Source: Nymphaea colorata (lineage: Eukaryota). Taken from it: a stretch of DNA of 64,000 nt. The notes beneath the pieces are model-generated. The model was not told where the DNA came from, searched no databases, and saw nothing but the letters and a program-made list of their open reading frames with translations. How positions within the stretch are numbered: the first letter of the stretch is position 1; each line of letters starts with the position of its first letter. The position numbers and the translations under genes are program-made. Positions 38,934 through 51,700 of the stretch are shown in pieces. The stretch is from positions 9,548,001 through 9,612,000 of the forward strand of contig NC_045138.2 of assembly GCF_008831285.2 (NCBI RefSeq), read 5' to 3'.

Positions 38934-40589
38934 TAGGGGTGTACACGAGCTGATTGGAGCTCAAATTGGGCCAGCTTGAGCTCAGCTCGACTTCCATATT
39001 GTGCAGCTCAACCTTGTCTCAAGATCTAGTTGAGCTTTACACGGCAGGCTCTGTTCAACTTGAAAGGCTATGTTTGAGTCTGAGCTCGACTTGTTTAAGC
39101 TCAATGGCTCACTATGACATCCATGTCTCGACTAAGGAAAACTAGCAACCTTGCCACTGCGACCAAAGCAGGGGAAAGAGAAGAAGAAAATTGAAGCAAG
39201 AGATGGGGAGACAGAGAGCAATAAGAAAGGGTGAAGAATTAGAGAAAGAAAAAATAAATAAAGGGAAAAATGGAGAGATAGAGAGAAAATTGTGGAGATA
39301 GAGAGCAACCAGACAAAAAGTAGAAAAAAAAATAAGAAAACAACATAAAGAAAAAAGAGGACCAGGGGTAGGGAAGGAGGAGGAGGGGAAAAAAACAAAC
39401 AAAAGAAAAAAAGAGAGATAGGGAACCATGAGAGAAGAAGAAGAAGTAGTAGTAGTGGGGAAGAAAAACAGAGAATAGGCAATAACACAAGGAGGAAAGA
39501 AGAAGAAGAAAAGGAGTCGTTGGTGCCACAACAACAACAATAAAGGGGGAATAAAAAAGAGGAGAAAAAAAAGGAGAAAGGTGATGAGAGAAAGAGAAAT
39601 AGAGAGTTTACCAGCCTCCAATCCACAAGTACGCATGTCTCGATGAGCTCACCAATCACCAATGATGGCTAAGGAAGGCTGGCAAACCCCTGTAGATAGA
39701 ATTTGATGAGATTACCAAAAGAATTTGACACCTGTTGAAAAAAGAGAGAGGAAAAGAGAGAAAGAGGGAGGAAGGGAAGGAAGCTGAGATTGTTATTGTG
39801 ATGATGATAGAGGAGTGAAGCATTGCGAGCTTGCACCGCCTGCTGCCATGAAGTTGGCTGGAAATTGTGTCTGTCACCTTTGCTCATTTGAAATTGAACA
39901 ATAGAATCGTGGAAACCTTAACATCCTGTTTGGGTGGAGGGAGAGAGAGAGAAAGAAATGAAAAGAAAGACTTTTCGTGTGGATGACTAATTAACAAGGA
40001 GGGAAAAAAAGAGAGAGCCAATAATTGTGTTTAGGTGCAAAAAAAAGGAAAGGTCGAAGAAGGAAAGGATTTTTTTTAATGCAATTTCAATCTTTCCAAA
40101 AATGGAGAGATTTGGAGGGAAAGGAATGGACTTTCCTTTCTTTTCCTTTCTTCCCCATTCTTTTCTTTTTTCTTTTTTCTTTAGCGTAAAGGTTTGAGAG
40201 AAGAAAGGAAATGCGACAAGGCAAAAACTCTTTAAGGTTTGAGAAAAGAGCGTATAGTGAACACAACATTGAAAAAGGTTTCCATACACTATATTATGTC
40301 AAATTACAAAATCACCCCTCATTTTATGTGTTTTCCTAAAAACAGATTAAGTATCTCTATATTTTGACCTTGCACCATCTCAAGTTTCTAAAATTACAAA
40401 AATAGGCTGGGAATGAACTTACACTAGTTTAATTGTTTCGAGTTTGTCTAACCTGAATTCGACTCGTTTACAAACTCGGTCTCTCAATTAAGTTCGAACT
40501 GAAATCATTAACAAGAGTCAAACTTGAGTCTAGCTTAACCAAATGAGTTGGAGTCAGCTCGAGTTGGGTGGACTCATTGTACACTCCTA
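38934..40589. mobile_element. Non-autonomous hAT-like element
   Basis: TIR TAGGGGTGTACA...TGTACACTCCTA; flanks CATACTAG / CTTACTAC (6 of 8 match); GAGCTC/CTCGA subterminal repeats; low-complexity GA-rich core. Confidence 0.75.
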
Positions 40590-41880
40590 CTTACTACTAC
40601 TTCCTTTTGTCTATTATATTTTTATCCAATTTTGAGGTCAAAACAGCCTCCTATTTGTATAAGATACCACCACACTCCTTCACAGTCCAAACTCTCCTCT
40701 TGGTCATTGGCCTGTGAATTCACAACAGCCTCTAGCTTGAAACACATCCAGATTTAGCTAGTTCATTTGGAAGCTTTGATCATATGACATATTATTTAAG
40801 TCTGAACAACAAAACAGTATTTTATTGCTGTGGATATGAAGTCGTGAAAAGAAGAACACGTTATTTGGATTCCCTTCATCCACGAAGTATTTTTCATTGT
40901 TCATTCTTCATTCCAGCAAGCTTACACAACACCAGCCTCATTTTGTGTCAGACGTTGAAAGGCCCAAGGATGTTGGTCAAGTTGCTTACTGACAGGTCGT
41001 GGCATAGAATGTAGGTTGGAGATGCGATTCCTACAGGAACTCACCTTCTACGCCGCTAACGCCAGCCTCAGCTGCCTGCCCCTCTTCGTCGCTGACCTCT
41101 TCAACTTTTATCCCCCTCCTCTCTGGTCTTAGGTTTGAGTGATTACCTGATGCTTTTATTTTTTAGTATTCCTTTGCTTCATTCGGTAATTTGGGTATTT
41201 AACTCTTGATGATATGTTTGTTTTGAGGTTGATTATTCTAATTTGACCTAATGTTGTATAGTTTTTTTATTAATCTAAGTGTTGATAATGCCATATTGTG
41301 TGCCATTTTAATCCTTGAATTGATAATTTGCCATCAGAAGTTTAGAAGTCCTCATTTTTTCATGGGTTGTACCATGCTATGCACTTTGAACTTAAAAAAC
41401 GTGCTGGCTACTGGCTACTTGTTACCATTTATTTGTACTAAAATTTCTTTGTAAAAATTTACGACCTAACTCACCGAGTTGCCGAGTCAACTAGCTGACC
41501 CAGTGTCCCCAGTTGTCTGCCGATCTCAGTCGGTTGCTGATCTGAATCGGAGTCACCAATTTGCCAACTATACTTTAAGAAGGATAAGTAAAGATCAAGT
41601 TATCTCCAACGACCGTGAACCTTAAAAGGATTCCAATAAATGCTAAGCTTCAGAAAATCTGATGAGTGCTTCGTATGAAACAGAAAGATGCCACTTCATC
41701 TAGACATTGAAAGGTACAAACTTCAGCCGAATTCTATGTTTTAAAAGTACAGAGTGTTCAGCGACGATCCTTAGTTTTCTTTGTCGGCCAGTAAGAATGC
41801 ACAAACCCTGTGACCCTCGCAGAACAAGTAAAAGTAAATTATTTTTGAAACGTTGGAAAGAGTATGCGGAGTCTCTGTCA

Positions 41881-42727
41881 TTACAGCTCTGCCAAGGATT
41901 CGTCATCCCCAATTGGTTCTTCATATGATGCATATGCTTCAATAATGGCCTCATAGACCTTAATTCCTTTTAGATACACTCCCCTGTTAAGGAACTGCAA
42001 ATTACAACAGTCATGAATCCAGCAATTAGGCCTCCCTAAAGCAAGCACACAATGACATGCAAATATAGAGTCCCAAAGGAAATATACAATCCAAGCCAAC
42101 ATTGCACAAGATTGGAGACACACCTCATTATGGTCATGTAGCAATATTGGCGTGTTTGCCATGGGAGAGAAACCAATTGCTGGTACTCCCTTCTGTCTGA
42201 AATAACGAGCATCGGTTGCTGCAGGAAATATCTCAGGTTTTCTGAGTTTTCCATCTGCCTTCTTCACTGCTCTATCCAGTAGCATCCACCAAGGGTTCGA
42301 ACGGTCTGTTTTAGTGATTACTGGATTCCCAAACTTGTCATAAACTGGAACCTTCTGCTTGAACTGCCGGAGCTAAGGAAACAGGTTAGCACTATCACAC
42401 AACTAATTTTGCAGCCACATTCATCTAATATCTAAAACCGAGTTACCAGTCAGCATTGAAGCAATCAATAGAGGAAAGAGGCAGGAAAAATTAGCAATGA
42501 TATGCATTGTCCTAGAAACAATAACAACTTATCCCCTAGAAATTTATTCAAGGAAACTTTCAGTCCAAGCAATTCTATTTTTCTAGAAGCCTTTGATAGG
42601 TAGGTTTCCCCTGCTTCTGATCAATGGTGGACCAGGCTGGAAACCAGTAGCCTATGCAATTATGTCACATGGCTGCGGGGTGCAGGATGCAACAAGTTCC
42701 AAAAAGAAATTGGGTGCGGTGCGAAGA

Positions 42728-42772
<45 letters not shown>

Positions 42773-43073
42773 CTGTTATGTAAGTAATTTTGTTTGTCTA
42801 TAGTTTTAAACTTTTTTTTAATCAAGGTTACGTTAATCTCATCCAAAATTCAAAGTTTTATTAAATAAAATAGGGGAGGAGAGAGAAAAGAGGGAAAAAG
42901 GAAGAGGGAAGGATAGGAGAAGGAAAGAAAACGAAAAAAAGAAAAGAAAAAAGAACGGTGTGATACCCCACTTGGTTTGACAGAGTCAAGTGCAGGTGGA
43001 CGTGCAGATGCCGGGTGCCGTGCTGGGCAGCATTTGGGTGTGCCACCGTATTTGGCGCACCCATGTGACTTAG

Positions 43074-43113
<40 letters not shown>

Positions 43114-43512
43114 ATAGAAAATGCCTTTTTTTGAAAAAAAAACTCAAAAAAAACGCGATAAATTAAATGGCCATTTAAACTTAAAAAAACGTTTTTTAAA
43201 CGTTAAAAACGAAAAATACTTATTTTTAACACGTTTTTTGTGTTTTTTTCACTTTTTCATTTTTTTCAGTTTTTTAATGCCAAACAGTTTATTTTTCATT
43301 TTCTATTTTTCATTTGTTGTAAATCTACTCACCTTTTGATGTTTGTACTCTTAGTTTTGTACTTATTTTATTTTTCCTCCATTTTTAGTTTTTTTTTAAT
43401 TTTTAAAAATTTACCATATTTTTCTCCTTTTTTTTTCATTTTTTTCAAATTCGCCGTATTATAACCAAGAAAAACCTCGCCGTTTAAAACTTTGAGATGT
43501 TATTTCTGACTA

Positions 43513-43574
<62 letters not shown>

Positions 43575-46500
43575 GTGTTATCTTCTAAATGCATGATTTA
43601 GGGAGAGATTCAAAACTTCTATGTTGCCTCTTCTTTCTCTGTTTCTTATATTGCGCTTTCTTTCTGTCTGGTAAGACTGCTCAGGTTTAAAGTACATAGC
43701 CAACAGGAGACCGACAAAAGTCACAAAACAAATAACCGACTCATATTAGATACCTTTGCTGCACGGATATTTTGGGGGAAAAAATGGGATCTAAGCCATC
43801 AGAAGTATCCTAGTATGCACGTAAATGGTCATCTGTCTTAGTAACAGAATTCAACCCAGTTTGTAACCCAAGACTTCCACTAGGTTTACATCACTGTCAG
43901 CAGATTAACTAACATATAAATGTTTAAATTATCTCCAGCAAGCTATGTCACATGGGTGCGGGTACGATACGGGTATAGGTACGGGAACACGGTAATTTTC
44001 AAAATTTTTGGACACGCAGACATGGAAAATTTTATATTCTCAAAAATGATAAAATGAAAAAAATATTAAATTAATAGTTCACTCTTACAATCTCGTAAGA
44101 AAGTTTGTTTTATCACAAAAGTGCTGAGTATTTGAAAGGATTGTTCATGGAAATAATTGGATGTATCACAAAAAAAATGATAAGATGGAAAAAAAACATT
44201 AAATTAATAGCTTTTATTTTTTGGCGTGTCCCAGCCGTGTCCCGTGTCCGGATCCGCATGTCTGCGTGTCGACACGGGTACGTGGGCAGTTTAGCCGTGT
44301 CCGTGTGTCATAGCCAGCAAGCAAAAGAAGCATCAAAGACAAAACTGAGCTGTTTTTCCTGTCTATAAATTATGAAACATTTCAGTTCATACATCTTGCT
44401 TTTATTTCAGCACATTTTATCATTCATCATTGAGATGCTACCAACTCACAAAAGTAAAAGAGCTTTTTCAGCACGATCAGATCATCCCTGACAATGGGTG
44501 AGAATTTGCTAGAAAATTTATTAATACCGTTCCTGGAGAAGCAAACATGCCTTTTTCTGTAGTTGTATGTGAAAGTCAAATGGTTGTTGAAAATAGTATG
44601 AACCTGACCGCAGCTCTATTGAAATTTCACTGACAAAATACTCTTCTTTAAAGAATTAGTGGAGTAGTGTTTTAAGACCTTCACCTTATCTTCTTGGAAG
44701 AGTAGACTGCAAAGACTTCCTAATGTTAACATAAATCATTTTGGAAGTCATTAACTTTCGGTCCAAGTAATTGTTGGAAGCTAATTATCACTAACTTGTT
44801 TACTGATGCCATTACCTAGCAATTTAGCATCTGTTTTGTTCAGCATTTCAGTTCAGATGCAAAAAATTTTCTTTTCCTGGTAATCAATCATATATGACTA
44901 AAATAGTCTCCTCTTCCTTTAATCTCCATGAAATAAAGAAAATTCATCTGTATGGACTTGCAATGTTCACTACAGTTCCCATCGTGCCCAAACTGTAGAC
45001 GTGGCATTAGCAAGAAAGGAAAGAGCTTCTCATGATGAAAAGTGACAAGTTGACTGGAAACTCTACACCCTCACCTTTTGCTGCAAGTAAGCCTGACGTG
45101 TTGTGGGAGTTCAACCCACGTATGATTTTCCTGTTCAAGAGAATTTACTTGGCGATTTGAATGTCCCCTTCTTAGTTTGTTGTTCGTAGCCCTTTGCTAG
45201 TTACTTAATTACATTCTGTTGTTTGTAGCCCTTTGCTAGGTTCTGTTCCATATAATAGACAAGGTGCTTAAGTTATTGGGTATTTAAACAATTGGTGAGC
45301 AATACCTATTCGATTTACATTTTCGAAAGATGGTCAATATCTACCCTTTTCCATTGCTTTCTTACTTTCTCTGGAGCAACTTAATACAGCATGAAGCTGC
45401 ACTATTTCACAGCGAAGTGGAAACGACTATGAAACAGTTATATTACTAAAATTGACCAGTTATATATGACTTTCGCATAGAAAAAGTTGTTAACAGAACT
45501 TGCTTCATTATGCAGCATGCACCTTGAACTACTTCCGTTGATGCTGCACACATGACTTTAGAAGTTCATGGAAAACAAAAAGAATCCAAAAGGTTCTGTA
45601 TCAATTAGATACCTACTGGGATGCTCATACTCTACAAAGGAAGCTCACGATCACAGGGAGCAACACAAGGCTGACCCAGGACGATCACAGGATGACAACA
45701 TTTATCACTCACTATGATGCTCACAAAATCACAGAGAACAACATAAGATTGAGCCATGATGATCACAACAGGTGTCACTCCAAGATACTGTATTGCCATC
45801 AAAACCAAATACAGAAACAAAAGAATGCAAAATTCGTACCTCGAAGGTCATGTTCCTTGAAGAAGGTGCCCATTCTTCTGCAATCCGCCTCTCAAGATCT
45901 TCAGGATCTGCAGTAGGTGGGACACGGATATCGAAACCCGCCTCAGCTTCAGATGGTTGAAGGTTCATCACGAACCCCTAAAGCAACAAAAATAACAAAA
46001 ACAACTAACTGTATTCAGTACAAAGAAATGAGCCTCCAAAACATGAACTAAATGCTAACAGCAAGCAGGAAGGAGAGTCCACTATTAATTCAATTAACGA
46101 AGAATCCCGATTACCTAACTCAACCCCATCTTACTGAATTACAAGTGTAAATCTACTTCAATTCCCAGAAAGTAGAGTACCATGAAAAAGTCCCCAAACG
46201 GATTGACAACCGATGGCACTAAAAAATCTAAAATAACAGTACCAATGGAAAGGGAGAAGATTAAAAGTGACAAGAGGGTAGAGTAGGTAGCGCGTACAGT
46301 GGGTGTCGGCGTTCCCGCCTTCAGGAAGACGGGATTGACAGAAACCACCTCGCCCTCCGCCCTAAGGCCCGCTTTGATGAGCTGAAACTGTGACTCCCTG
46401 AACCTGGATATGCTCTCCAAGCTCTTCAGCAGGTTTTCCATGGCGCTGCCATCGTAGAGCTTCGACCCGTGTCCAGGCGGCCCTACCGCCTTGATCGCCA

Positions 46501-47146
46501 TCCACCAGGGGCACCGCTCCCCATAGAAAACCCTGTATTCGTCCGTCTCAGAAGCCAAGCCTTCGTCCAAAACGATACCCACGTGCATACTCCGGTACAC
46601 CTCCGACTCCGCGAAGAGCTCCACTCCGTCGTGACCGCCGACCTCCTCGTCGGGGACGAAGGAGAGGTAAACGGTGCGGCGGGGCGTGAACCCGGCGGCC
46701 TTGAGGCGGCGAATCGCCTCGAGGTACTGCATCCCGACGCACTTCATGTCTTGGGAGCCGCGGGCATAGATGTTGCCCATGGCGTCGAGGGCCGCGGAAA
46801 AGGGATGGTGTCGCCACTTATGGGGCTCGGAGGGGACGACGTCGGTATGTGAGTTGAGAAGGATTGTGGGGAGGTGCGGGGAGGTGCCTGGCCAGCGGAG
46901 GAGGACGAGAGGCTTCCCTGGAGACAGCTCCAGTGTCTGGGATTCGAGGCCGATGGACTCCGCCTGAGAGAGAAGGAAAGCTGCGGCATCGGCGTAGTTG
47001 GGCGCGGGCTGCGAGGTGTTGATCCGGAGGTACTCCTGGAACCTAGATATGATGGCCGCCGCCGCCGACGACGACGACGACGAAGATGATGGTTCCGGTA
47101 GGAGGAAGGAAAGCAGGAGAAGGGCGAAGAAGGTGCCGGACGCCAT
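41881..47146 (-). CDS. ACY1: Aminoacylase-1 (N-acyl-L-amino-acid amidohydrolase, peptidase M20), 446 aa, with signal peptide
   Basis: Exons 47146-46298, 45977-45840, 42363-42124, 41994-41881; total 1341 nt, GT-AG, all phase 0. Zinc-ligand motifs NSHTDVV, ARGSQDMK, VPDEEVGG, VLDEG and LLHDHNE are intact. Hydrophobic N-terminus. Confidence 0.96.
42660..43073. mobile_element. hAT-type MITE (family A) in ACY1 intron 2
   Basis: TATGTCACATGG...CCATGTGACTTAG termini; GGGTGCG repeats; internal (TA)n. Confidence 0.65.
43107..43514. mobile_element. AT-rich MITE (family B) within a (TA)n microsatellite
   Basis: TAGTCATAGAAAA...TTTCTGACTATG; (TA)n on both sides; homologous to 30076-30447. Confidence 0.7.
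43943..44313. mobile_element. hAT-type MITE (family A) with a perfect 8-bp TSD
   Basis: CCAGCAAG|CTATGTCACA...TGTGTCATAG|CCAGCAAG. Confidence 0.88.
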
Positions 47147-48019
47147 GTAAGTGGCAGGAAGAGGAATCAGGAAGATGACGCCTATCCAGTGCGTCCGTCC
47201 ACCAGTGGTGCGTAGCAGGTGTCTGCTGTAGATAAATGCCTCGGCACCTGTTTTTCGGATCGAATTGTGTAAGCCGCTCTTGTCGTAATGTCGTGGGTCG
47301 AGGTATTCTCAACAGGAATGGAACCATAGGCTCAATTGCTGGGAGCACAGAGGGGAACCTCAACTCCCCGTTTCTGGCATGCTATACTTCTGTTACGGGA
47401 ATGGGAGATTACCGGTCAGCCAGACCACCAACCACCGGTTGAGCTAGATTTGAAAGCTGTAAAGGAAGTACGATCGGGATGAATGCTTAGACGAAGACAG
47501 CATCCAGTTTGTCGACCGCTTGTACTCTCTTTTCAATGCTCATGACTTATAGTGACAAATAGGTACGAAATAGTGAATGAATGTGTGATAATGTTTATAA
47601 AATTATAAACAAAAAGTTTAAAAGATAATAAAACAACAGACAAACGGATATACAAGATAACGTTAAATATAAATATAAGATAATATTTATAAAATAATAA
47701 AAAATTTATGAGAAAATAAAATAACAAACTTATATATGAAACGATGATAAATATAAATATGAGATAATAAAAATATGTACAAGATATAACATAAGTATAA
47801 GATAATATTTATAAAATAGTGAAATAACATTATAAGCGAGAAAACATTTTTTTATTGTTTAAAAAAATATAATGGTTATAATGATATGTAACAAATTTTA
47901 TTTTACTTCTATTTAATCTTCAAATCTTTTTTTTTTGCAGTTTTTTTATTTTCATAAAAAATTATTAATCATGAGTATTTTGGTCAATATTAAAATAACT
48001 TATAAAATTAGATGCACAA

Positions 48020-48060
<41 letters not shown>

Positions 48061-48719
48061 CCATCTTCGCGTGTACATGCACAAAAGACGCCAACGCTGA
48101 TATCAGCCCTTCCCATGACTGCAAAGCTGTTGTTCATTTTCGGGGATGTTGGAATGGCGCTTCCATCTACTAGAGTTTGACTGAATAGTACATAGTTCTT
48201 TAGCCATGTGCTGCTTGTTGTTTACTTCTGAGATGGAGTCTTGGCCTTCAGCCTCTCTGCGATCTCTATGGAATCTTTTCACAACAGCTTAAATATAGTT
48301 GTTGCACTTGGCTTTGACCAGTCATGCTCTAACCACATTAGTTTCCCTAGTCTATGTGACGACATTGACATTAAGCATCGCTTCTTTTTCCCAACACCAG
48401 TCATCTCATAGGATTTTTGTGATCAATGTCACAGTGGTACGTGGGAAGGGCCCATGTACCAGTACCGTATGGTGGTACGGCTTGGTACAGCACTTCCTCC
48501 TCCTTTTTTTTCTTATACTTATGTTACTTTTTTTTATTGATTTCATGAATAAAATTAATTAAAAATATATAACTCTCACCATATCACCGTCGGCAAAAAT
48601 GCCATACCCATACCTATATAGTATGTGATTAACCAATGTTCACATTAGTCTTTTTTGCTGCAATGTCCAGACATTAAAAAATTTCTACAAAAAAAAAAAA
48701 AAAACAGGTGTTCTTCCCC

Positions 48720-51700
48720 AGGTTAGGAGGTTTTGATTCGCGTTGATGCTTAATCAAGTTCTATATGTACCAAATGATTATGTGGAACCAGGTCTTCCAT
48801 ACCTTGCGCAGGCGTCTGCTTTTGAACCTTCTCTATGACCACCATACCAAACCATATATAATGTTTCATTTGGGTATGCCGTGCACTTGAACTTTGTGAG
48901 TGAAGAACCACCATATCTTCCTAACTTCCGTGCATTCCAAGAACAAGTGCTGCTCACTTTATGTAGCATGGTGGCATATAAAGCAACACGAGGCTAAGAG
49001 AAGCCAAGGTGCTGCACTTGTCCTTCCGTGGATAGTTTACCCTCGCAGCCCACGTACACGGTCCACAAAGCCCGTGGAAATGCCTAGCGCATCCACGGGT
49101 GGTTCTTCCATGCCTCAGGTTCCCCTGTTTTTCGCATGATGTTTCCATGTGTTGTGTCCAAAGATGGATTGAGCGGCCTATCCCGAGTATCTCTGTTGGT
49201 AAGAATATCACAGGTCATACAAACCCTCCTCCTGCACATCATCCATGGCCTACACCTACTCTCCAAGACCAGTATGATTAGATTGAAATGGGTGGCTGGG
49301 ATCTCGTTGATCAGTCATCTTCCCATCGACTGGTCGAGCCAAAATTTCACATGTCCACCACTCTTGACCTTCCAAGTGATCTTGTCCTTAATGTTCGGCT
49401 GGGCATGGAAATTGACCTCCATATAACTGAACTAGGAAAGAATTTCAGCTGTCTACATGCCATTAGTCCATAGTTATTTGTTGGATATCAATTTAGCCCA
49501 ACTATTATCTGTCGTTAGTGCCCTCCATGCTAAGTGTTAAGGAAAGTGATAAGGGAAAGATCAAAACCGATTTTGAAGATTTTATTAGAGGATAAAAACG
49601 TATCAGATCCTAAAATCTTGGATGTCAATGGTTGTTTATTCCTTTCTACATTTTGCTGTAATTTACGTTGCATCCCTTATCACACGTCTCCTTCCTTTTA
49701 CTCTTGTTGTAACCCCCATTGTAACAACTCTATATATAGCTTGTAATAGTCCTCAATACATCATCAAGGAAAGATTTCATAATTGTTTCTCTCGTTCTCT
49801 CTCAGTTACTAGGTTTTTCATGGTATCAAAGCCAAATGTTGATCAATTTGGGCTGAATTGATCGAGGGAGACCAAGCTGCTATGAAATAAGGAGCCACGC
49901 GTGAAGAATAGGAAATCGCAGGTGACTGTAGGTCAAATCCCTCACGCGTTTTGTCCCTGGTGATTGGTTGAAGATGAAATTTGGAGCATCCACTCCTCAC
50001 TAGGATTACGTCTTGCTGTCCAATTTTTATCAGAATCGGAGCTGGTATTGAATTTCTAAAATTCTGCTAGTTGTGCAGTCCTAAACAGTGTTTGAAGCAG
50101 AGGATCACCTCTATTTTTGTTTGTCGTCTCCCTTGCCTGTCTAAATCTCTCGGCCTTGTTTCCACCGGAGCTTTTCCACAACGAGTTTGGATGTTCGCGT
50201 TGCCAACAGACCGGTCCTCGACCAGAATCGTCGTCGATGCCAGCCGGATTTAGTTTGTTTCCCGGCTGCCCCTTTTTTCCTGCGTTCTTGCGTCCCCTGT
50301 TGCGTGGTCCCCTGTTTAACCATGATGTCTCTCATCAAAACGAGAGAAAGGACCCGAGGCATTCTCCTTATCAGAATCGAGGCTCTATCTTATTCCATAA
50401 AGGGATCAAATTAGACAACAATGGCTACATCGTTGTCCCCTTCAACACAATGGAATGCCCTTGCAGCATTAGTCTCTGTTAAACTTAACAAAGATAATTA
50501 TATGTTATGGAGTAGCCAACTTGAATTCGTTATGGAGTCATAGAAACCAGTTCAGTTCATCGATGGGTCGTCTCCACCTCCTCCTGAAGTCATCATCAAG
50601 GACGGCAAGAGCGAAAACAATCCAGCGTTCGCTGTCTAGAAGAGATCGGATAGATTGGCCTTGAGCTGGATCAAAGCCACCGTCTCTGAACCTGTCTTAG
50701 GACAGATCGTGTCCTGCAAGTCTGCCTATGCTGCATGGCAGACTTTGAAGAAGTCCTTTAGTTCTCAGTCACCTTTGAGAATAATGCTTTTAAAGAAGGA
50801 GCTGCATTTTATCTAAAAGAAAACCATGATTGTGTAGACATATTTGGAACTAATCAAACTACTTGCCGATACTCTATCCGCGGTAGGGCATGAAATTGAT
50901 GATAGTGATCTTGTTCAGATCAGATCACGATGAATGGGTTGTCGGTAGAGTACGAAAGCTTTGTTACTCTTATTAGTTCTAGCTTTTCAAATGTTTCTAT
51001 CACATTTCCGAGCTATTTGATCCTCCTTACTTAAGAAAAGAGACTTGATCTTTTCAAAACAATGGTCACAGATTCTAACCATTCTGTCCAAGCCTTACCG
51101 CAGGTGGAGAATCAAGCGGCCTTCAATGCTTTTTGAGGACGAGGAGGAGGCTGTTTCTATGGCGAGGAAATCATTTTCAAAACAAAACTCAAACTCAGCC
51201 ACAAAATGGAGATTCAAGCAACAATAACGAAAGCAATGGAACTCGTCCTTGGAATCTTGTTATATGCCAATATTGTGGTAGGAAATGTCACTCGGCCAAA
51301 ACATGCTATGATATTCCACGGGCTTTTTCTGCAATGAACTTGCAGGAATCTACTGATGAATACTGGTATCTTGATTCAGGAGCTACAAATCATATTGTCA
51401 ATAATGATGAAATGATGAGCAATAAGACAACATATGAAGGACCAGACAATATCATGATCGGTAATAGCTCAAGTCTTTCTATTAAACATACATGGAATTT
51501 ATTAGTGAAAACTGCTAAGACTCATCTTAAGAATGTTTTTCACGTCCCTAGTATAACTCATAATATCTTATCATTGGGTAAGTTTACATATGAAAATGAC
51601 TGCATTTTTCAATTCTCACCAACTGACTTAGTTATCTAGGATCAGCAGACGGGCAAGGTTATTCTTCAAGGACCAAAGACCTGTAATGGTCTTTATCCTA

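Noticed and set aside
39132..39887. Long Phe/Leu/Ser-rich ORFs
   Set aside because: Translation of a low-complexity GA-rich tract inside a hAT-like element.
46469..47089. Several antisense and alternative-frame ORFs over ACY1 exon 1
   Set aside because: Expected from high GC content; no recognisable domains.
48680..48705. TTCTACAAAAAA as the left TIR of the CACTA remnant
   Set aside because: Does not begin with CACTA and has no subterminal repeats or matching 3-bp TSD.
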